A model generated the notes under the pieces. That model saw only the letters and a list, made by a program, of their open reading frames with translations. It was not told the origin of the DNA and made no database searches. A program made the position numbers and the translations under genes. From a virus, in the IMG/VR virus record IMGVR_UViG_3300021964_000017: a stretch of DNA of 64,000 nt; one strand, written 5' to 3'. Position 1 is the stretch's first letter. The number at the start of each line of letters is the position of its first letter. Shown piece by piece: positions 25,336 to 35,303 of the stretch.

Positions 25336-27793
25336 CCCAACCTATCTCATCTAAGATGTTGCGAATTGGCTCAACAAAAGATTTTTCATACATCTTATTA
25401 TAGTCGATAAACCGATGTAAGTCAAGCTCCTTAGGTAAGTTCAACGAGTAAGAGATAATGTTTTCTTTGATAGGATTGGGTGTCTTTAGATAACAGAACT
25501 TAATCTTCTCGCCGTTCTTGACAGCCTCATATCGATTGTCAATACCTTTCTTTGCTACATGATAGTTATACAGCAACGCACCTCGGACATGTATAGGACA
25601 TGCCTTCTTATAGATATCCCGACGATCTGACCATTTGTCGAGATCGGATATACCACGAGGGAATGATACCTGCTCAGGGTCAAGCGCAGAGAATTCCTTA
25701 CGGAAGTTAGCAACAAACTTCTGAGTAGCATCCTCTCCTTCGTTTAGAATAACATTGAAGATCTCTTTGAATCGATCACGACATACTTGAGGAGTAGACG
25801 ACTTGACAGCCTCAACTCCCATAACCTTCAGCTTGGGTTGAGCATAACGTACACCTTCGTTATCATGCACTTGCATGAAGTAGCGCTTCTTGGCAATCCA
25901 CACAGCCTTATCAGCAATTACTTCTCGAGCCATCTCCATACGATTCTCATATGCATTCATCTTTCTAAACAGCTTATCATAAGCGGATGCAAGAATATCC
26001 TCAAAGTGCTCTGAGCATATCTTATTAAGAAAGTCGACAGGAGAGTTTGGATTAAACTTATCGACAAGAGGCTTCATACGAACATACAATGAGTCTGTAT
26101 CGATAGCTATGATGTAATCTACATCAGTCGTTTCAAGTAGCTTGTTCATCTCTTTGTTAATAGCTTCTTGAGCCCACAGAATAGATAGCTGACCAGATGT
26201 AGTAATAGCCTCAGCCATACGACGATCAAAGTATCTAAAGTAGTTATTACCTAGAGCACCATACAAAGAGTTCATAAGAATCTTGATAGACATCTGTTGA
26301 TTCTCTAATGTGTTGATCTCATTCTCTAGCTTCTTAGTCTTACCAGACTCATACTCTTGCTGAGCTTCTAGCATGCGATTCTTAATAGCTCTACGCTCAT
26401 CATAGTACTGCTTAATGATCTTAGGAATCACACCCTGCTGATCTTTACGGAACTGCAACCCAGATGCAGCAACAGCATAATCGTCTTCTAAGATGAAGTC
26501 TTGGTCGTTTAAGATAGCTTCGACGTTGATACCAGGAATTGCTCCATCAACGATAGTCTCAGGTGACATGTTATACTGAACAATGATGTTAGGATATAGA
26601 GAGTTGAGGTCAAATGACACAACCCAATCATGCTTGCCTGTCATAGGATCTTTTACGTAAGCACCAGGATACTTCTCTTTTATCTTTGCTACCTTAGGAG
26701 GAACAACAGTCTGATCCTTATACATCAGACGATATAGAATAGAATCCCAGATCGATGTAGTACCGAATGTCTCGGAGTAGTTAACACCACCACGATATGC
26801 CATAGTCATGGCAAGAGTGATAAGACCCATCTTCTCTTCTAATCGATCGATCAACTGTACATCCTTGATGTTATAGTCGATATACAACTGATGGTCTTGC
26901 TTATAGAGATTCTGTAGGTTGCCTACTTCATCAAACGATAGTTTGTTATCACCGAGAACAATGTATGCAACATGGTCTAGCTTGTATGATTCCAATGTAC
27001 CATATGCATATCCAAACTTACGGAATAGATCATAGTAGTCTAGCTGTTGAATGCCCATCATCTCATAGGCAATATTAGTACGACCAGCAATGACGATGTC
27101 GCGTTGATCTACTACACCCCATGGAGAGAACTTCTTATAGACGTCTCCACCAATGATATTCTTTACACGATTAATAAGATATGGAAAGTCAAATAGACGA
27201 GTATTCCAACCCGTAACCACATCGGGACAATACCTAGAATCGTGCCACCAACCCAACCAATCGAGTAGCAAAGAGATTTCGTCTTTGCACTTCTTGTAAT
27301 GGATTGCGTTAACTCCCTCAATGGGACACTTGTCTGGATCATAGTCTTTCAGCCCCCACACATAGTATGTATCTGATTGGTTACTCTTCATGGTAATAGC
27401 TGTCACTGGATGAGCAGCATCTGCAACAAAGGGAAAACCATCTTCTGAGTGAACCTCAATATCAATAGAAGTCACATTGACTTTATCTCGATCGAACTTG
27501 ATCTCACCAGGGAAGCGATCAGTCAGAAACTGGTTAACGTAATTGGTAGTACCATAGATAGGAAAGTTGTCCACACCTTCATACTTCTTAATGAAGTCAC
27601 GCGCATCGCGCATCGTATCAAATGTAACCGGTTGGACAGGATTGTTCTGTAGTGTATTCCATCCAGACTCTTTGTTGGTGGGAATAAACAGAGTTGGCAT
27701 ATAGGGAATCTTCTTATCGATACGTTTGCCATCTTCAAATCCTCTATAGAGGATGTTATTACCGTATCGATTGACGCTAGTGTAAAAGTTCAT
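25295..27793 (-). CDS. gp43: family B DNA polymerase
   Basis: DIEV exo motif, GWN...FD, SFDLNSLYP, KILMNSLYGALG, DTDS, C-terminal clamp-binding TLEDFF. Confidence 0.97.
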   Translation of the reverse strand: MNFYTSVNRYGNNILYRGFEDGKRIDKKIPYMPTLFIPTNKESGWNTLQNNPVQPVTFDTMRDARDFIKKYEGVDNFPIYGTTNYVNQFLTDRFPGEIKFDRDKVNVTSIDIEVHSEDGFPFVADAAHPVTAITMKSNQSDTYYVWGLKDYDPDKCPIEGVNAIHYKKCKDEISLLLDWLGWWHDSRYCPDVVTGWNTRLFDFPYLINRVKNIIGGDVYKKFSPWGVVDQRDIVIAGRTNIAYEMMGIQQLDYYDLFRKFGYAYGTLESYKLDHVAYIVLGDNKLSFDEVGNLQNLYKQDHQLYIDYNIKDVQLIDRLEEKMGLITLAMTMAYRGGVNYSETFGTTSIWDSILYRLMYKDQTVVPPKVAKIKEKYPGAYVKDPMTGKHDWVVSFDLNSLYPNIIVQYNMSPETIVDGAIPGINVEAILNDQDFILEDDYAVAASGLQFRKDQQGVIPKIIKQYYDERRAIKNRMLEAQQEYESGKTKKLENEINTLENQQMSIKILMNSLYGALGNNYFRYFDRRMAEAITTSGQLSILWAQEAINKEMNKLLETTDVDYIIAIDTDSLYVRMKPLVDKFNPNSPVDFLNKICSEHFEDILASAYDKLFRKMNAYENRMEMAREVIADKAVWIAKKRYFMQVHDNEGVRYAQPKLKVMGVEAVKSSTPQVCRDRFKEIFNVILNEGEDATQKFVANFRKEFSALDPEQVSFPRGISDLDKWSDRRDIYKKACPIHVRGALLYNYHVAKKGIDNRYEAVKNGEKIKFCYLKTPNPIKENIISYSLNLPKELDLHRFIDYNKMYEKSFVEPIRNILDEIGWDVEPRATLEDFFV

Positions 27794-27823
27794 ATTACCT
27801 CCGAACTTACATATTTAGCTTAT

Positions 27824-27861
27824 ATTATACTATAAAAAGGAAAGGGGGGCAACAGCCCCCC
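27824..27861 (-). promoter_or_regulatory. terminator hairpin overlapping sigma70-like promoter for gp43
   Basis: GGGGGGC-tgtt-GCCCCCC-TTTCCTTTTT; TTGCCC-17 bp-TATAAT. Confidence 0.65.
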
Positions 27862-27867
27862 AATCTT

Positions 27868-28077
27868 TTATTTCTTGTCAGACACAAAGGAATACATTTC
27901 CTTGGCCTTCTCTTGAAGTTCTTCCATTGTATACATTGTTGGACATTCGTCGATAGTTTTTTTACCAGCTTCCATCATTTGCGTAAAGAGAGCGGTATTC
28001 AATTCTACTTGTTTATCCATGTAGTCTTTTGCCATAGCAAGAATGTCTGCACGGATTTCGAATGGATTCTTATTCAT
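27868..28077 (-). CDS. hypothetical protein
   Basis: MNKNPFEIRADILAMAKDY...AKEMYSFVS. Confidence 0.7.
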   Translation of the reverse strand: MNKNPFEIRADILAMAKDYMDKQVELNTALFTQMMEAGKKTIDECPTMYTMEELQEKAKEMYSFVSDKK

Positions 28078-28139
28078 ATTATTTTCTTTCTGTGATGTGT
28101 GTGATCAGAGGGGCGGGTGATTCCGCCCCTCAGTGCCGT

Positions 28140-28313
28140 TTAGTTTCTTAGGTTCTTAATCTGAAGCATACAATACTTTGATTCTTCATACAAACCTTGA
28201 CGTGCTAGTTCAGCAGCTGCTCTAGCATATCCAATTACCTCAAGCTGATTCATAATCTTTTTTCCTAAACCAGCAAATGGGCTGGCTATCAAGTTATAAG
28301 CGATAGTTGTCAT
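28140..28313 (-). CDS. small alphaproteobacterial-type protein (start revised to MTTIAY)
   Basis: GGGAG RBS; GYARAAAELARQG motif. Confidence 0.6.
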   Translation of the reverse strand: MTTIAYNLIASPFAGLGKKIMNQLEVIGYARAAAELARQGLYEESKYCMLQIKNLRN

Positions 28314-28314
28314 C

Positions 28315-28572
28315 TTAAACTCTCCCACGAATTTTATCGTGGTAGTCGGAAACATCTGTACTTGCAATGGTGTAGATATCACCACGGCTAATACCAATGT
28401 CGCGCAATTCAGCGTTAGTAAGATTATTCAATTCGCGAATTGTATTCCGGATGTCTTGTTCTTTACGATATGAAGTGTAAAGACCTTTAAAGATATCCAC
28501 AACAGCTTTAAAGAGTTGTGCGACCTGAGTGATTACCATCATTTTCGGTAAGTAGTTGACTATTGTAGTCAT
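28315..28572 (-). CDS. DUF1127 (YjiS-like) protein
   Basis: TIRELNNLTNAELRDIGISRGDI. Confidence 0.85.
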   Translation of the reverse strand: MTTIVNYLPKMMVITQVAQLFKAVVDIFKGLYTSYRKEQDIRNTIRELNNLTNAELRDIGISRGDIYTIASTDVSDYHDKIRGRV

Positions 28573-28996
28573 TTGTTAATTCCTCGTTTTGACCAATATT
28601 GATTTTACGAGGACGCATTTCTTCAGGGATAATATACTTCAGTTCGATTGCAAGTATACCATCTCGAATATCTGCTCCGTGCACTTTTACGTGCTCAGAC
28701 AGCCGGAATGTTCGTTTAAACTTCTTTGTGGAAATACCACGGTGAATAAACTCACGACCCCTTGAGACATGCTCCCCTGTTACTGTCAAGGTACGATCCT
28801 TAACTTCAACAGATAGTTCATCCTTTGTGAACCCCGCAATAGCCAGCTCAATCAGATAGTCTGATTCAGATGTACGAATAATATTATGTGGGGGATAATG
28901 GTCTTGAGCATGTTTAGCAGTGAACTCGAGTTCATTGAATAGATGATCGAAACCAACAAAAGATGACCGCGGGAATAGTGTTTGTAAGCCTGTCAT
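28508..28996 (-). CDS. small heat shock protein Hsp20/IbpA-like
   Basis: FVGFD, YPPHNI, IELAIAGF, HRGIS...F.R.F.L, DGIL, PRKI; start MTGLQ after AAGGAG. Confidence 0.93.
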   Translation of the reverse strand: MTGLQTLFPRSSFVGFDHLFNELEFTAKHAQDHYPPHNIIRTSESDYLIELAIAGFTKDELSVEVKDRTLTVTGEHVSRGREFIHRGISTKKFKRTFRLSEHVKVHGADIRDGILAIELKYIIPEEMRPRKINIGQNEELTNDYNSQLLTENDGNHSGRTTL

Positions 28997-29000
28997 TGTT

Positions 29001-29057
29001 ATCTCCTTTTGAACAAGCAAGATTATAGCGTGACCGGATTATTCCGCATCACTATAG
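29001..29057 (-). promoter_or_regulatory. ROSE-like RNA thermometer in hsp20 leader
   Basis: UCUUGCUU can pair with SD AAGGAGA with bulged G; upstream hairpin TATAG.GTGA..CGGA/TCCG.TCAC.CTATA; TTGACA -35 at 29083-29088. Confidence 0.6.
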
Positions 29058-29098
29058 TATATATAATACCTTTGAACGCAAATGTCAACAGGTAGAAT

Positions 29099-29506
29099 TT
29101 ATTTATTTCCAATATTATATTTTGGACAAAGTTCCCACTGAACCTTCTCCTTGAATGGGATGATCTTAATCTGACGAAGAGGTGCACAACTCAATTCATT
29201 TACACCTTCAATCTCAACAAGACCCCAATCGCTCAGTAGTGTAGCAATTGTGTTTCTTCGTGCGATATCGTTCTCTTCGAGATTAGCTTTCTTCCCATCC
29301 AACATAAACAGTTCTTTAAAGTGGACGATAAAGTATCTGCCCTGCTTATGTAGAATATGACATGATTGAAATAGTTTTTTATCTTTGCGGGACGCAACGC
29401 CAATACGTGTAAGTGTCTCACGAACCTTCAAGAAATCATCAGGCTCATTCAGAACAATTTCCAACATATCTGTGGGTTGCCACTCTACTATATTATTTTC
29501 TTCCAC
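29099..29506 (-). CDS. regA: translational repressor RegA
   Basis: DDFLKVRETLTRIG, QSCHILHKQG.Y.IVHFKELF.LDG, PKYNIG. Confidence 0.96.
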   Translation of the reverse strand: MEENNIVEWQPTDMLEIVLNEPDDFLKVRETLTRIGVASRKDKKLFQSCHILHKQGRYFIVHFKELFMLDGKKANLEENDIARRNTIATLLSDWGLVEIEGVNELSCAPLRQIKIIPFKEKVQWELCPKYNIGNK

Positions 29507-29870
29507 CTTTGCTCACCTTCTGTCTTATAATTTTTATTTGTTCAGGTGATAGAAGAGATAATACTTGTTTGGCTTTTTCGTTGCTATAACCATAGTATTG
29601 CTTAATCACTTCAATATCACTGACCTGCTGAGGTTTAATCCATTTCGAAAATCTTTTACGTTTTCGAATAATATTTATAAGAAAGTGATATTGGAGTTTA
29701 TTATCAATGTGATGATAACGGTTCATCACATTAGCAAAGGATACAGTATCTTGAAAGTAGCTTAATGATCTATTGATCATAAAACCATTATATGACTTCT
29801 CGGTCATATCATCAATCATAAGATTTCGCTTATGATCATTTATGCTGTTGAGGTAATCGAATGGGCTCAT
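29493..29870 (-). CDS. gp62: clamp loader small subunit
   Basis: FMINRSLS, RKRKRFSKW, YYGYSNEKA; synteny. Confidence 0.92.
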   Translation of the reverse strand: MSPFDYLNSINDHKRNLMIDDMTEKSYNGFMINRSLSYFQDTVSFANVMNRYHHIDNKLQYHFLINIIRKRKRFSKWIKPQQVSDIEVIKQYYGYSNEKAKQVLSLLSPEQIKIIRQKVSKGGRK

Positions 29871-30805
29871 TTGAAGTTAACCTGCATCATAATCTCTGTC
29901 ATACAAGCGACAGTATTAAGCTCATGATCAGCAACAAATGCATCCTTATATTGGTAGTCTGCTAGAATAAGAACCAGCTGAGGAACACTATTGTCAGCAA
30001 CATACTGGAACATATTATCGTAGAGACCTCTAAAGATAGCAACAGTATCAACGTCCATATGGTTAACTACCCACGCACGCATCTTCTTAAACTGCTTACC
30101 CTTTAGATGTTGTACTAGCTCAGCAATGCTACTATCAACACTGCCAATGTCAGCACCACCACTATCAAAGCCTCCAATAGATCGTCGCTGTCCTTCATTA
30201 AGAACTCTACGCCAATCAGGAGCATGCTTCATAATCAAGTCAGCGATTACCTTATTCTCATAAGGAACACTCTCTTGATCTAGGATATCGGTGAATCGCT
30301 TGAAGAATTGAGCAGCAAGCTCAGCCATGTCTTTCTTAGATGTATTAAACTCATATACACCACATCGAGAGTGTAACGGCTCGATGATACGGTTCTTAAA
30401 GTTACATGTAAGAATAAAGCGACAGTTATTGCTAAACTCTTCAATAAATCCCCGCAAGGCAGGTTGGGTTGATTGAGGATTAAGGTAATCAGCCTCATCC
30501 AGAATTACTACCTTATACCCACCTTGCAAGGACACACTAGAGGCAAACTGTTTGATCTTACCTCGTAGTGTATCAATGTTGCCTTCTTCAGATCCATTGA
30601 CCACAATATAGTCAAGGTCTAATTGTTTACACATAGCCTTGGCAACAGTAGTTTTACCCAAACCAGCAGTACCAGAGAACAACATATTAGGAATCTCGCC
30701 GGTGTCTACAATAGCTTGGAGTGTTTGTTTTAGTTGTTTAGGAAGGATCGTATCCTCAATAGTTTGAGGACGATACTTCTCAACCCACAGAAAGTCTTTA
30801 GACAT
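29867..30805 (-). CDS. gp44: clamp loader ATPase subunit
   Basis: LWVEKYRP, GTAGLGKTT, ILDEAD, PLHSRC. Confidence 0.96.
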   Translation of the reverse strand: MSKDFLWVEKYRPQTIEDTILPKQLKQTLQAIVDTGEIPNMLFSGTAGLGKTTVAKAMCKQLDLDYIVVNGSEEGNIDTLRGKIKQFASSVSLQGGYKVVILDEADYLNPQSTQPALRGFIEEFSNNCRFILTCNFKNRIIEPLHSRCGVYEFNTSKKDMAELAAQFFKRFTDILDQESVPYENKVIADLIMKHAPDWRRVLNEGQRRSIGGFDSGGADIGSVDSSIAELVQHLKGKQFKKMRAWVVNHMDVDTVAIFRGLYDNMFQYVADNSVPQLVLILADYQYKDAFVADHELNTVACMTEIMMQVNFK

Positions 30806-30829
30806 ATTAACCTCATTATATAAAAAAGC

Positions 30830-30858
30830 ATTGTATCACATTATGGTTAGAATGTCAA
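30830..30858 (-). promoter_or_regulatory. sigma70-like promoter
   Basis: TTGACA-17 bp-TACAAT. Confidence 0.7.
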
Positions 30859-31098
30859 TTATGATTCTGCGGCCTGTTCTTGTTGATATGATTCAGCTAG
30901 CTGGATGATCTGTAGAGATTGATCGCGGAGTTGGCCAATAGTAGTTAGCTCTTCACCTTTGAATGCACCACGAGAAGTCAATGCATCAACCACAGCCACT
31001 GTGCTTCGAGCTACGCGGTTAGATAGATTGTAGATCTGAGAGTGATCGGGAGTTGTTGGGGTGGTTGTTTCTGCTTTCGCCATTTGCTTCTGCTCCAT
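30859..31098 (-). CDS. hypothetical protein
   Basis: VDALTSRGAFKGEEL..IG.LR. Confidence 0.7.
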   Translation of the reverse strand: MEQKQMAKAETTTPTTPDHSQIYNLSNRVARSTVAVVDALTSRGAFKGEELTTIGQLRDQSLQIIQLAESYQQEQAAES

Positions 31099-31779
31099 TT
31101 ATGATTCGAAAGTTGATGTTTTTTCTAGGGCAATCCAGTACTTGAGATCCATAGTATCATCCATACTGGTAAACTGCGAGATCAGTTTAGTTGAGATCTC
31201 GACTTTGTAATCGCTAGGAATAAGTTTAAGGTTAGCGATATCAATAATGAAGTTGCAATCAGTTAGCTTGCTTTCTCCATCAACGTCAATAGCATATGTA
31301 TTTGATGTAGAGTTATCTGTCTCTATGATAGAGAGACGAATCAGACCATCAACATGTCTAATTGACATTTGTGAATGACCCAATGCACTTGCAGCGCGTT
31401 TAAGGTTATTCAGAGTACCATGATCCAAAGAGAATGTTACATCTGGCTCAGGCATCGCGATTGGTTTGGATGGGCTAGTCAACATCTCTGGATCAGAGAA
31501 GAAGTACTTAATCTCAGCACGACCTGTGCTGTCACCAATCAATAGATGGTTAGGCTCAAACCTAACCCGAGGACTATCCACAAGTCCCAACACATTCAAG
31601 AATTCTTGCAGATCGTAGATACCAAACTGCTGTGTGAATGTTTCGGGAACCGTGGCTTGTCCAAGTATGTTCTTCGGTTCAGCCATAGTCATGATAGAGT
31701 TACCTGGTTGGATAACTACATTACTATTGACTGTCGCAAAGTTCTTCAACACTTGCATAGTAAAATTGGACAGTTCCAT
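31099..31779 (-). CDS. gp45: sliding clamp
   Basis: LKNFATVN, FGIYDL.EFL, YWIALE; synteny. Confidence 0.95.
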   Translation of the reverse strand: MELSNFTMQVLKNFATVNSNVVIQPGNSIMTMAEPKNILGQATVPETFTQQFGIYDLQEFLNVLGLVDSPRVRFEPNHLLIGDSTGRAEIKYFFSDPEMLTSPSKPIAMPEPDVTFSLDHGTLNNLKRAASALGHSQMSIRHVDGLIRLSIIETDNSTSNTYAIDVDGESKLTDCNFIIDIANLKLIPSDYKVEISTKLISQFTSMDDTMDLKYWIALEKTSTFES

Positions 31780-31781
31780 TA

Positions 31782-33500
31782 TCAGTTTCCTTTAATCTTG
31801 GAGAAGTTTTTCTCCTTATATATTTCGAGCTTGTTGGCAAACTTACCATCAAGAACTTCACCTTTGTGGGATATAACAAATACATTTGTATCGTTCCCAA
31901 GAGTATAGATGATTTTCATCAAATTGTCAACACCTTCATGATCCAAAGACGAATCAAATGTCTCGTCGAGGATTAGTAGATTGGTTGCAACTGAGTTTTT
32001 CATCTTAGCAATCTGCCGCCATGTGAACAGAAGCGCTAGGTCAATACGTTGCTTCTCACCTTCAGAAAAAGAATCATATGTGAAGTTATCGCGGAAACGA
32101 GATCTGATTGTTTCTTGAAAAGCCTCGTCAAGATTAAACGACACAAAGAAGTCTAACACTTGCAAGTACTGATTGACTAATTTATTTATAACAGGAAGAT
32201 ATTGTTTTACAATCTTTGTTTTAATTCCTGTATCTTTTAGCATCTGGCTCATCACCAGATTGTAGTTGAACTGCTCGTTCAATACTAGTTTCTGCTCGAC
32301 TAGCGAGTCACCCGTCTCTATAAGCTGATCCAGATCAGCCTGCGCTGCATCCACATCAACATTATTATTTAGTTTGTTAATCTCGTTATGAGTTCTATCA
32401 ATAGATGATTGAAATTGTGCGATCGATCGATTGTTAACAGCGATCTCATTTTGATACTCTCTACACTTCTCTATGATAGTGGTTGCTGCTAGAAGTGCTT
32501 GTTGAGCGGTACGTAGTCCTTCATCCGCTTTAGTAATTCCCGCCTGGAGTTCCTTCGCTCTGCTTTTTCCTTCCAGCACGTGGGCCTCTTTTGTGTCCTC
32601 AGTGATGGTTTGATCACAGGTCGGGCAGATATCGTTCTTCTCAAAGAATTGGACGTCTTTAACGATCTTCTTGACCTCAGTGTTGAATTTTGTTTTGTAC
32701 GCTTCAAGCTCTTTGATCTTAGCTTCGTGTTGTTTTCTTTCCGCATCTGAATTAGGTAGTTGAGATTGAATGGAATCACTAAGCTCTGTGTTCTTTCCTT
32801 GTAGAGTTTTGATTTCATCTTGGAAATCTGAGATGAGTTTGAGTTTCTCTTCCCTTTGCTCTTTGTTGATTGCTTTGACGTCTTTAATGTATTTTTTCTG
32901 AGCGTCAACTTTAGTTGTTGTGAGGTCATGCTGATGTATAACATTTTTAATGTTGTCCTTCAATAATGATGTCTTCTCTTTCAAGATTCCATTCATCTTA
33001 GAGAATACATTAATGTCCAGAAGATCCTCGATAACATCTCTTCGATTCGTAGAGCTTAGCTGCATGAAAGGAATGAAGGAGGAGGAGCCTAGCACCACTA
33101 TCTGATGGAAGCTTTTATGATTGAGCTTCAAGATGTTTTGCTCGAGGATCTTCTGGTACTCTTTAGCATGCGACGATTGATTAATCATCGTGCCATTTTG
33201 CCATATTTCAAAAGAGTTGGGTTTAATAGTTCTTCGAATTAGATACTCTTTACCGTGAACATCGAATGATACTTGAACTACAGTACCTTTGTTGTTAATA
33301 CTGTTAACTAGCTGAGCCTTACTTATGTTACGGTGAGCTCTACCAAACAATGCAAAGCTCAGAGCATCCAACATAGTAGATTTGCCGGCGCCATTATGCC
33401 CTACAACAAGCGTAGTGCTATGCTTGGTAAGATCTACTTCTAACCATTGATTGCCAGTAGAAAGAAAGTTCTTCCAGCGTAAAGATTTAAATGTTATCAT
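31782..33500 (-). CDS. gp46: SbcC/Rad50-like recombination ATPase
   Basis: GHNGAGKS, CPTC zinc hook, FSEGEK, LILDE, ISH. Confidence 0.96.
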   Translation of the reverse strand: MITFKSLRWKNFLSTGNQWLEVDLTKHSTTLVVGHNGAGKSTMLDALSFALFGRAHRNISKAQLVNSINNKGTVVQVSFDVHGKEYLIRRTIKPNSFEIWQNGTMINQSSHAKEYQKILEQNILKLNHKSFHQIVVLGSSSFIPFMQLSSTNRRDVIEDLLDINVFSKMNGILKEKTSLLKDNIKNVIHQHDLTTTKVDAQKKYIKDVKAINKEQREEKLKLISDFQDEIKTLQGKNTELSDSIQSQLPNSDAERKQHEAKIKELEAYKTKFNTEVKKIVKDVQFFEKNDICPTCDQTITEDTKEAHVLEGKSRAKELQAGITKADEGLRTAQQALLAATTIIEKCREYQNEIAVNNRSIAQFQSSIDRTHNEINKLNNNVDVDAAQADLDQLIETGDSLVEQKLVLNEQFNYNLVMSQMLKDTGIKTKIVKQYLPVINKLVNQYLQVLDFFVSFNLDEAFQETIRSRFRDNFTYDSFSEGEKQRIDLALLFTWRQIAKMKNSVATNLLILDETFDSSLDHEGVDNLMKIIYTLGNDTNVFVISHKGEVLDGKFANKLEIYKEKNFSKIKGN

Positions 33501-34564
33501 GCTATCTCTAGGGTTTGTGCCTCTATCATCAATCCACTCATCTCAACCTTAATCCGATCCTTATCTAGATCGGTATCAACAGCATCGATATAGCTGTTGA
33601 GAAGGGTAGGAGTATCATCCACTGAAACGCTTTGATCGTCAACAGCTGATCCGATAAACTCGTTAAAGTTTTCTGCGATCTTTAGTTCAAGGATGTTGCG
33701 GTTCTGGATGCGATCGATAAATCTATCGAATGTGAATGTATCAGACTTGTTAATAACAACAATCTTTACAAAGTGATTTTCTATACCTGAAAGATCATAG
33801 TGAAGATAGTCGTGCTTAGTGTCATCATACCTAATCCGATAGTGTAGAGTATGAGGATTACGAACGGCTTCGATAGTTCTGGTTTCTGTATCAAGGATGT
33901 GGAAATACTTAGCATCATGTGCATCATTCCAAAAGAACTCCATTTGTGAACCCAGATACATTATATTGTCTTGTTCTGATTTTGTATGAAAGTGACCAGA
34001 CAATACTCGCTCAAACCGTTTAAAGATAGATCGATCTAGTCCGTGCTCACACTTAATACCTTTCATCATCTCATATCCTTGGATATCAAAATGACCACCT
34101 AGCCAATCACACTTTGCGTTTGCAATGAAGTCTAGTGATTGTTTCTCGTTGGCATCATCAATCCATGGGACTAGGCCTATCTTCATAGATCCATATTCCA
34201 TAACCTTAGGCTCTTGAATGATTGTTACCTCATTCATATAATGACCCAATAGTTCCTTGAGAGAGTTTAGCTCACCAGTGTTCTTATAGAATGTATCATG
34301 GTTCCCACGAATAATATCCATGGTAATGCCATTATCCCTTAACGGTTTAAGGAAGTGATTACGGTTGCGGTTAAGAGCGCGGAAGTTAATAAATTTCCTG
34401 TTATCATAGTAATCACCAAGATGCACAATATGCTTAATATCATGTTCCAGAAGATAAGGAAAAAATACATCAGAATAAAATTTCTCTGCATTATTGAGAA
34501 ATACGTCAGAGCTATTGCGGATACCACAATGAGTGTCATTAAGAAGGGCAATTTTCATGATCAA
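33497..34564 (-). CDS. gp47: SbcD/Mre11-like nuclease
   Basis: DTHCG, GDYYD, GNHD, SGHFH. Confidence 0.95.
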   Translation of the reverse strand: MIMKIALLNDTHCGIRNSSDVFLNNAEKFYSDVFFPYLLEHDIKHIVHLGDYYDNRKFINFRALNRNRNHFLKPLRDNGITMDIIRGNHDTFYKNTGELNSLKELLGHYMNEVTIIQEPKVMEYGSMKIGLVPWIDDANEKQSLDFIANAKCDWLGGHFDIQGYEMMKGIKCEHGLDRSIFKRFERVLSGHFHTKSEQDNIMYLGSQMEFFWNDAHDAKYFHILDTETRTIEAVRNPHTLHYRIRYDDTKHDYLHYDLSGIENHFVKIVVINKSDTFTFDRFIDRIQNRNILELKIAENFNEFIGSAVDDQSVSVDDTPTLLNSYIDAVDTDLDKDRIKVEMSGLMIEAQTLEIA

Positions 34565-35303
34565 GTATGTTCCATTTTGGCGTCCAGCCTAGTTTCAACA
34601 GTGCTTCGATATTAGCTTTTGTGTGTACACGTTCTCCGTTAGGATTTGCATCACGCCATTCTCCTTGGAAGTTCATAACCTTAGCTACTTCTTCCACTGG
34701 TGTAGAGTGACCAGTGCCAATATCATAAACACGTTGACTCATTATAGCTGAATTGAAGTTGGAAAGCAACACTTGAATTGCTTCGACAACATCGTTTACA
34801 TGAACAAAGTCGCGAAAGTGCCCTCGATTGATATATTCAACTTCACCTCGTTTAAACTTCATGAATAACATATCATCACGACCAGGCCAGATAGTATGAA
34901 ATCTCATACCAATAGCTGGATAGTCTTCTGCTTGAATCTCATTCATCTTCTTAGTAGCGGCATATGGATTACCCCACCACTCGTATGCATTAGAAGAAGA
35001 AGCATATAAGATGTTACTATCATTTAGCTCAGAGAATGCTAGCATATGACGCATACCACCAACATTAACTTCCTCATACAGTTCTGGCGCATCAAATGAA
35101 GGTCTGACTCCAGCTAGAGCTGCAAGATGAATAATAGTATCTATAGGTTTAGATTCATCATGAAGTTCTGCCCAATGTTCCCAATTGCGGACGTCTTTAT
35201 CCTCTCCAAAGGTTACAACAGGATATCCTTTACCAACTAGATGTTTTACTAGCCGGCTTCCGACCATACCATCAGAACCTGTAATCAACAACCGCATAAT
35301 CAA
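34539..35303 (-). CDS. NAD-dependent epimerase/dehydratase
   Basis: TGSDGMVG, HLAALAGVR, ASSS, YAATK, RDFVHV.D. Confidence 0.9.
   Translation of the reverse strand: MIMRLLITGSDGMVGSRLVKHLVGKGYPVVTFGEDKDVRNWEHWAELHDESKPIDTIIHLAALAGVRPSFDAPELYEEVNVGGMRHMLAFSELNDSNILYASSSNAYEWWGNPYAATKKMNEIQAEDYPAIGMRFHTIWPGRDDMLFMKFKRGEVEYINRGHFRDFVHVNDVVEAIQVLLSNFNSAIMSQRVYDIGTGHSTPVEEVAKVMNFQGEWRDANPNGERVHTKANIEALLKLGWTPKWNILDHENCPS

Noticed and set aside
28085-28135. Cuckoo/CcsR sRNAs downstream of the DUF1127 gene
   Set aside because: Only one hairpin and no CCUCCUCCC loop motif
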